The position numbers and the translations under genes are program-made. Shown one piece after another: positions 7,918 to 13,048 of a stretch of DNA of 13,048 bases. How positions within the stretch are numbered: the first letter of the stretch is position 1; each line of letters starts with the position of its first letter. The stretch is from Octopus sinensis (taxonomy: Eukaryota), in contig NW_021826420.1 in assembly GCF_006345805.1 (NCBI RefSeq), positions 1 to 13,048 of the forward strand, in the 5' to 3' direction. Under the pieces are notes generated by a model that did no database searches, was not told the origin of the DNA, and was given only the letters and a program-made list of their open reading frames with translations.

Positions 7918-7927
7918 AGAACATCAC

Positions 7928-8775
7928 TACTCAAAACCCTGCGTAGATATGTTTAGAGCAACCACAGGCTCCAAATTTGGACAACAGAAAGAGCAACAAC
8001 TGTGTACAGCATTACATTAAATCTGTCATAGAGTATTCCAGTCATAGCTAGGGGTTAATCACTCTTCAACAACTCACAATGAACCTGAGAGGACACGAAA
8101 CAACGTTTTCCGTATCATAAAAGGTTATATGCAGACTACATACGCGGATCACCACAAACCACTTAGGCAATAAAACTATGGTACTAAAAATAAATGAAAA
8201 ACCACCTGGACTGCTGAGGAAGATACAGTTTGTTCTCGTAGCAAGCTTTAACTTATACACTATGCCACTGCATGAAAAAATGATTTCTAAATACTCAGAC
8301 AAATATACAATACTCAGGGTACTACTACTACATCTTAAAAGCACGGTCTCTCCCACTCAGTCCGGACAAACATAAAAAATACATACACGCAGAAATAATT
8401 GTAATGTCAATAGCTTCACTGGGCCCTAAACATCATGCTAGAGTGCACACCGCCAAATATAAGTACAGAGGAGCAGAAGTGTCACATGCTGTCTAAATCC
8501 ACCTTGCCTGCCTCCATTTTGGCAACTACTCAAAATATATGGTGAACAAGCATTGGCTGAATAATGAAAATAATACAGACTATCTAGACTATCACACTTA
8601 TAACCCATGCGAATCATCTCTACATATTAAAATGTGCAGTGTGGGCCTCGGTTACATGGTGATATGATAAAACTGGAAAGCTGAGTCTATGGATCACACC
8701 TTGTTGTTCCGTTGCCTAGCTATGTGCCAAAGGACTGCTCGATTAGGGCTCACCTGAGGGCTACACGACAACAAG
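7928..8775 (+). pseudogene. 5'-truncated non-LTR retrotransposon (I/Jockey-like) ORF2 C-terminal fossil with 3' tail
   Basis: Frameshifted translation: MFRATTGSKFGQQKE...VY-HYIKSVIEYSSHS(W)...RTRNNVFRIIKGYMQTTYADH...TMVLKINE...QF...PLHE...HANHL. This fits the post-RT pattern L.G..WG..KE...YK...RS..EY.SP.W...QN..LR.ITG....T..DHL and a C-terminal Zn-knuckle remnant. The end is AAC-like at ~8760-8775. Confidence 0.7.
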
Positions 8776-8864
8776 AGTAGTAACATTTCCACCACTATCA
8801 TGATAGTCCTCAGACACACTCCAACCAACATCACCAACACTACCACTAGCCTTAACATTAATAG

Positions 8865-9035
8865 GTACTTCTCCGGATCTCTGGTCAAGCAGACCTATCC
8901 GTGAGCATTGTCGCCAGTCGACTTTTTGTGAAATGAGTAAACAGTGGCGAAACCATTCTCCAAGCATCCTTTCAGTTCCTGAATGCTGTTGTGTACGTAG
9001 GAGAAATCTGATTACCGCTCAAGTCCACTATATAT
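8865..9035 (-). pseudogene. Inverted fragment of an L1/Tx1-like LINE ORF2, paralogous to ~9410-9575
   Basis: Minus-strand VDLSGNQISPTYTTAFRN*KDAWRMVSPLFTHFTKSRL aligns with plus-strand MDLAGRRI*AAHTTAVFEN*TSAWRMISPLCMHFA*GQL. 8946-8966 vs 9473-9493 is 20/21 complementary. Confidence 0.6.
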
Positions 9036-9960
9036 GTTCCAAAAGTGAAACAGTTATCTAGGGTTAATCAGAGAAACCCCAAACATCCACGATTAGCTTA
9101 ACTGCCTGTAGTATGTATCCACACCCAGTTGTGGTCCCCGGCCTGCAGTCAAATATTCAGAGTAGACCCATTCATCCAAATCATATTCACAATGGCCGAC
9201 TTCCTTCCAGTTTATTTACTGGAACGCAATACTTTCCTCATCGCCCCCATTACTTCTGAAAAAGTACTCGAAATAGTTGAATAGACATTAGCAGAAAGTG
9301 AAACACATTGTCGTTAGTAAGTTCAATTTAGGCCACTACGTTATCTCACTATAGCCACCACATGACTATCTTCTTTGCTAAAACAAGTCAGAAGAAATAT
9401 CTTCGCGATGGACTTGGCTGGTAGAAGAATCTGAGCAGCGCACACTACAGCAGTGTTTGAGAACTAGACGAGTGCTTGGAGAATGATTTCGCCTCTATGC
9501 ATGCATTTTGCATAGGGTCAACTGGAGATGACGTTCTCTAGCAGGGATGTCAGATCAGAGATCTCGAGACTTATCCATAGTTGCTGTGCCAATGTCCTGT
9601 GGAGTGGATTTTCTATGGGATATTTATCGACAACCAAGGTGTTCCCCGGAACTTCATTACTTATGCCCACTACAAATTCTTCATAAGCTTCAAGATTTGA
9701 CAATGTCCTACCGGCCGTATTTCCGACTGGCGGAGAACTGGAGACACCTGACAACATTCCAGAACCCATGTGCTCAATCTCAGTCTATGCATGACCCGTG
9801 ACTGCAGCTCTGTCAAAGAGATAAGTACACCTGACAAAAGGCGACACATCTGATCTCCATCTAGGATTTTCTGCAAATTTTACAGCCTCAGGGCATACCT
9901 ATGCATCATTAGGCATCTCATACCATGCAGAAGATATCAGCAGCAGGTGACAGTCTGATC
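9036..9960 (+). pseudogene. Degenerate L1/Tx1-like LINE ORF2 C-terminal half
   Basis: YLGL (RT motif 7-like) near 9054-9066, then R..LIQ.I.....PVYLL...EKVLEIVE, an LG motif near 9328 and W-rich downstream segments, with many stops and frameshifts. The clade call is tentative. Confidence 0.45.
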
Positions 9961-10129
9961 AACGAAACCCGTCCCTTTCATAAAGAACAAAAAAGTAAAA
10001 ACTCTAATCTGCTCAGATGTGATCTCTTTACCCAAGGAATTTGTATTTTTCATCCATCAAACAAAATGAAATTTCACGATTTATACAGTCATTGTATTTA
10101 CATCTGTAACTATCTTAGTTATACATCCG

Positions 10130-10334
10130 TAACGTGTATTTTTCTTTTCCCACGTCCTCCTTTATAATCTTTACCTCCGTCTCCACTCTCCTTCCCTTAC
10201 CCTTTCATCCTCTGTTTCTTTCGAATTTCTCTTTCACCTGTAAAGTGCCTTACTATCTCTAAACCTTTTCTGTATTCATGTTTCAAAGGCATTTCATGTC
10301 CCCTGTCCCCTTTTTAACTCTTTTCCTATTTCCT

Positions 10335-10414
<80 letters not shown>

Positions 10415-10620
10415 ACTCTCCTATCACATTGATGTCAAACAACGATATACGTAATCCCTGTGCTAACTTTCGCCTTCACCTTCCTCTTATTTCCTTTCTA
10501 TTTCCTTTCTCTTTCCTCGCGTTTTTCTATTTTCTTGCTTTTGCTTATCTGTTTTCTTTTGTTTTATTATTACTTCCTTGTTATTTTCGTTCTTTTTCTC
10601 TTACAATTAAGAATTATTTT
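10130..10620. repeat. CT/T-rich tract with perfect (CT)n at 10341-10411
   Basis: Direct reading. It is the source of the 167-aa ORF N-terminus. Confidence 0.9.
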
Positions 10621-10729
10621 TATAGACAAGTTTTACTCTATTTCAGTATTCTCCACACTTCCTATCTAATAGTTATTTCAAACCTTAATCTTGTTTATTT
10701 TTGTACACAAATATATATATACATGCATA

Positions 10730-10854
10730 CTACACACACACACACACACACACACCACACACACACACAAACACACACACACAACCACCACACCACACAC
10801 AACACACACACTACCAACACCACCACATACAAACACACACACCACACATACACA

Positions 10855-10885
<31 letters not shown>

Positions 10886-10928
10886 TACAAACACACACAC
10901 ACACACACATACACAAACACACACACAT
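10730..10928. repeat. Imperfect (CA)n microsatellite
   Basis: Direct reading. It produces the HT/CV ORFs. Confidence 0.95.
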
Positions 10929-10934
10929 ATAACC

Positions 10935-11040
10935 AGGCGCAGCTATAGGCGCAGTGTGCCTCACTGGTGCAAAGTGTTTCATGGACGCAGAGGTGGCTTG
11001 TAGACGCAAGCGTGTCTCATAGGCAAATGCGTGGTGTGTC
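10935..11040 (+). repeat. Minisatellite of ~18-22-bp units resembling the SINE family A 5' terminus
   Basis: AGGCGCAGCT / ATAGGCGCAGTGTGCCTC / ACTGGTGCAAAGTGTTTC / ATGGACGCAGAGGTGGCTTG / TAGACGCAAGCGTGTCTC / ATAGGCAAATGCGTGGTGTGTC. Confidence 0.65.
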
Positions 11041-11042
11041 AT

Positions 11043-11110
11043 AGGCGCAGGTGTAGATTTGTGGTAAGAAATTTGCTTTTTAGCCACTTGGTTCTGGGTT
11101 CAGTCCCACG
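11043..11110 (+). mobile_element. tRNA-like head only of SINE family A
   Basis: AGGCGCAGGTGTAGATTTGTGGTAAGAAATTTGCTTTTTAGCCACTTGGTTCTGGGTTCAGTCCCAC aligns with 952-1016. Confidence 0.8.
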
Positions 11111-11211
11111 TAATTGAACTGAACATAGATAGATAGAGAGAGAGAGAGAGAGATTTTTCTTACGAAACATATTGACCACATAGAAGTGCTGAGGTCGCAC
11201 TTCAGCACTTC

Positions 11212-11511
11212 TATGAGAGCTCAAAATCTCTCGTGGAAGCGTCATCCAACCAAAATGCAAATATATGGGAAACTACCACCTGTGTCATCTCTTGTGAAAG
11301 GTAGGAGAGCTGAAAACGAGGCAATTTCTACTCTTCTCCTCTGGAAGCCATCTACTCGCGATACCAGAGGGCGCACACTCTCCTACCCTGATGTAATCTC
11401 CAGGGATACAGGCATCCAGCAACAGGACCTCCGTAATGCTATGATGGACCGTGGAGTCTGGCGTAGCATGGTAAATTCCATTGTCTCGACCACGGTCGAA
11501 CAATGATGATG
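11212..11511 (+). mobile_element. 5'-truncated RTE-clade LINE 3' end (ORF C-terminus plus (TGA)n tail) with 14-bp target-site duplication
   Basis: MRAQNLSWKRHPTKMQIYGKLPPVSSLVKGRR...LLLWKP...RGRTLSYPDVISRDTG....DL.NAMMDRGVWRSMV has the RTE DR..WR..V end. Tail TGATGATG. TSD TGCTGAGGTCGCAC (11187-11200) / TGCTGAAGTCGAAC (11510-11523), 12/14. Confidence 0.85.
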
Positions 11512-11837
11512 CTGAAGTCGAACCTGAGACATTAGATAAGTATAATAAATAAAATGGAGAAGTTCAAATTAGGCAAACTACAATGAACACATTGTGTACG
11601 GATTTAATTAAGCTAAAAATTGCCCAAAATAAAACATATATTGATATATTAAAAATATAGAAATATTTGAATATTAAAAGTATATTCGAACATATAAACA
11701 TATGATATATAAACATAATAATAATATAATGAAGTATAGGAATATAGATAAAAACGTTTTTTAAAAATGAATTAGAAATATGATGAAAAGAAAATAATAA
11801 GCATCAAAAAAGTTTTGGATTACATATTAAGAGAAAA

Positions 11838-11930
11838 TATCCTAACGGCCGTTTCTGGGGTCCATTCGTCCGAGTAAAAAATGAACCTTAAAATCCATTT
11901 TCAGAGAATATCTCCCTCATCAGGCAAAAG
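11838..11930 (-). ncRNA. Two tandem degenerate minimal hammerhead-like motifs (Penelope-type)
   Basis: Minus strand: CTGATGA-GGGAGATATTCTCT-GAAA-ATGGAT-TT, then CGGACGA-ATGGACCCCA-GAAA-CGGCCG-TT-AG with a perfectly palindromic stem III. Confidence 0.45.
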
Positions 11931-12166
11931 TGATATCTACAGCAGACATTCATTTAGTTCGTTGCCAGGGTAGATATAGGTATGCAAATAATGGAAGTCT
12001 TTACTGTCTTTATTAAAATTTATGTTTATATTGGCAATATAGTATTTGGCAATATAGTATTACAGGCAATAGGATGTTAAGTTGTGCGGCGGAAATTACT
12101 AAGGCTATTGTTGGGTATATTGAGTACATGTGTGTGTGTGTGTGTGTGTGTAATAAGCACAAACAA

Positions 12167-13015
12167 GAAATTAAATTTTCCAGATGTAACATAAAGAAAT
12201 GCAAGCAAACACCATCTTTCGAGGAAACCAAAAATTAGAGAGAGGATGGTGATATGCAGACAGACAGACCTGGCCACAATTATAAAAAAAACAGCAGAGA
12301 TAATATGATCAAACGCATACCTAATCAGACAAAGAAGTATTAAATAAAGTAGTTCATATTTCAACAGATCTCTCAACGCGAAATATATAGAACAACCCAC
12401 AGCAAAAAATATAGAAAATTAATATGCAACATAATAGTAACTAAGTATATAACAAGGAACTTCGAACGTTTGCTAAGTATAAACTTTTCCACTTCACAGA
12501 TATAATATTTTAATAGAATTTCAGCTAAAGTTTACAGCTCTTTGGGGAATATAGGATACACAAATTTTTACAGTAATCAAAAACCTACAAACAGTACACA
12601 ACTAGCTCAATCTGAATGCAACTCTGGAAATATAACAAATTACGAACCGAAAGGGATTGTAGGTAAAGCTGGCACAAATTCAATAGAGATGGCACAGAGA
12701 AGACATACATCAGGTTAATTGGAAACACATTTAAAAACCTGACACATGCAACATATCTCCTCGATAAACTATAAGAGTAAAAACAATTCCGCTTCAGTAT
12801 CAAACTATATTCGGTACTTAAAAGTCAGGAAAGAAAAAAAACCCTCCGTAAAATAAAGCATTGCTGGAAAATCAAATCTATGCAACAGTCCTGATAATAA
12901 TTTTATGTGCAAATGAGAGACTCGAAATATTGATTCTGCCAACACCTTTAATATGAGAAGGAATTTTTTTTTTCTCTTTTACACATAAAAATTTTGAAGT
13001 TTAGTCTTTCAAATA
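12167..13015 (+). pseudogene. Penelope-like element fossil: RT C-terminus, linker and C-terminal GIY-YIG endonuclease
   Basis: Frameshifted translation: EIKF-DVT; ATIIKK / NMIKRI; ITRNFERLLSINF; FNRISAKVYSSLGNIG; ECNS (CxC-like); KGIVGKA (IVYK); EKTYIRLIGNTFK (YIG); NNSASVSNYIRYLK; VK(W)SI; ERLEIL; NTFNMRRN. Confidence 0.8.
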
Positions 13016-13048
13016 CATATCTTTGTGCCAGTCAGTTGAAAATATATA

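Noticed and set aside
8780-8813. Minus-strand CTGAGGA-CTATCATGATAG-TGGTG-GAAA as a fourth hammerhead
   Set aside because: Five extra nucleotides separate stem II from GAAA, and stems I and III do not form; the 12-bp palindrome is likely chance.
9518-9876. Minus-strand ORFs with a faint Gypsy-RT-like VDKYPI word, and plus-strand SYRP / FDNV words
   Set aside because: Isolated short words with wrong spacing. The paired-copy comparison supports a different plus-strand frame as the ancestral one.
10429-11087. 167-aa and other ORFs over the T-rich and (CA)n region
   Set aside because: Low-complexity translations; hydrophobicity comes from poly-T/C.
12031-12060. 15-bp tandem duplication TTGGCAATATAGTAT x2
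   Set aside because: An ordinary slippage duplication with no further structure.
12167-13015. In-frame TGA codons in the PLE as possible selenocysteine, as in some Naiad elements
   Set aside because: The copy also has TAA/TAG stops and frameshifts, and the domain order is not Naiad-like; this is ordinary decay.

Overview
Eukaryotic, AT-rich, non-genic DNA with no host protein-coding gene I can support. The SINE families and microsatellite style match what I recall of Octopus (coleoid cephalopod) genomes; that host call is an inference. Every ORF in the track is a microsatellite or low-complexity artefact, a chance frame, or a piece of a decayed transposon. The window is a nested stack of mobile elements: three tRNA-headed SINE families, a mariner fossil, I/Jockey-like, L1/Tx1-like and RTE LINE fragments, and a Penelope-like (GIY-YIG) fossil, separated by simple repeats. 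The most notable structures not shown by the ORF track are: (1) a five-unit mosaic SINE array inside the mariner fossil, bounded by a single ~13-bp target-site duplication; (2) three degenerate minimal hammerhead-ribozyme-like motifs of Penelope type; (3) an RTE 5' junction made by fold-back copying of the target DNA; (4) a ~175-bp inverted copy of sequence ~1.2 kb downstream; (5) a 24-bp-stem pre-miRNA-like hairpin; (6) a tail-to-tail SINE pair able to form long dsRNA. All alignments and translations were done by eye; no database search was run.
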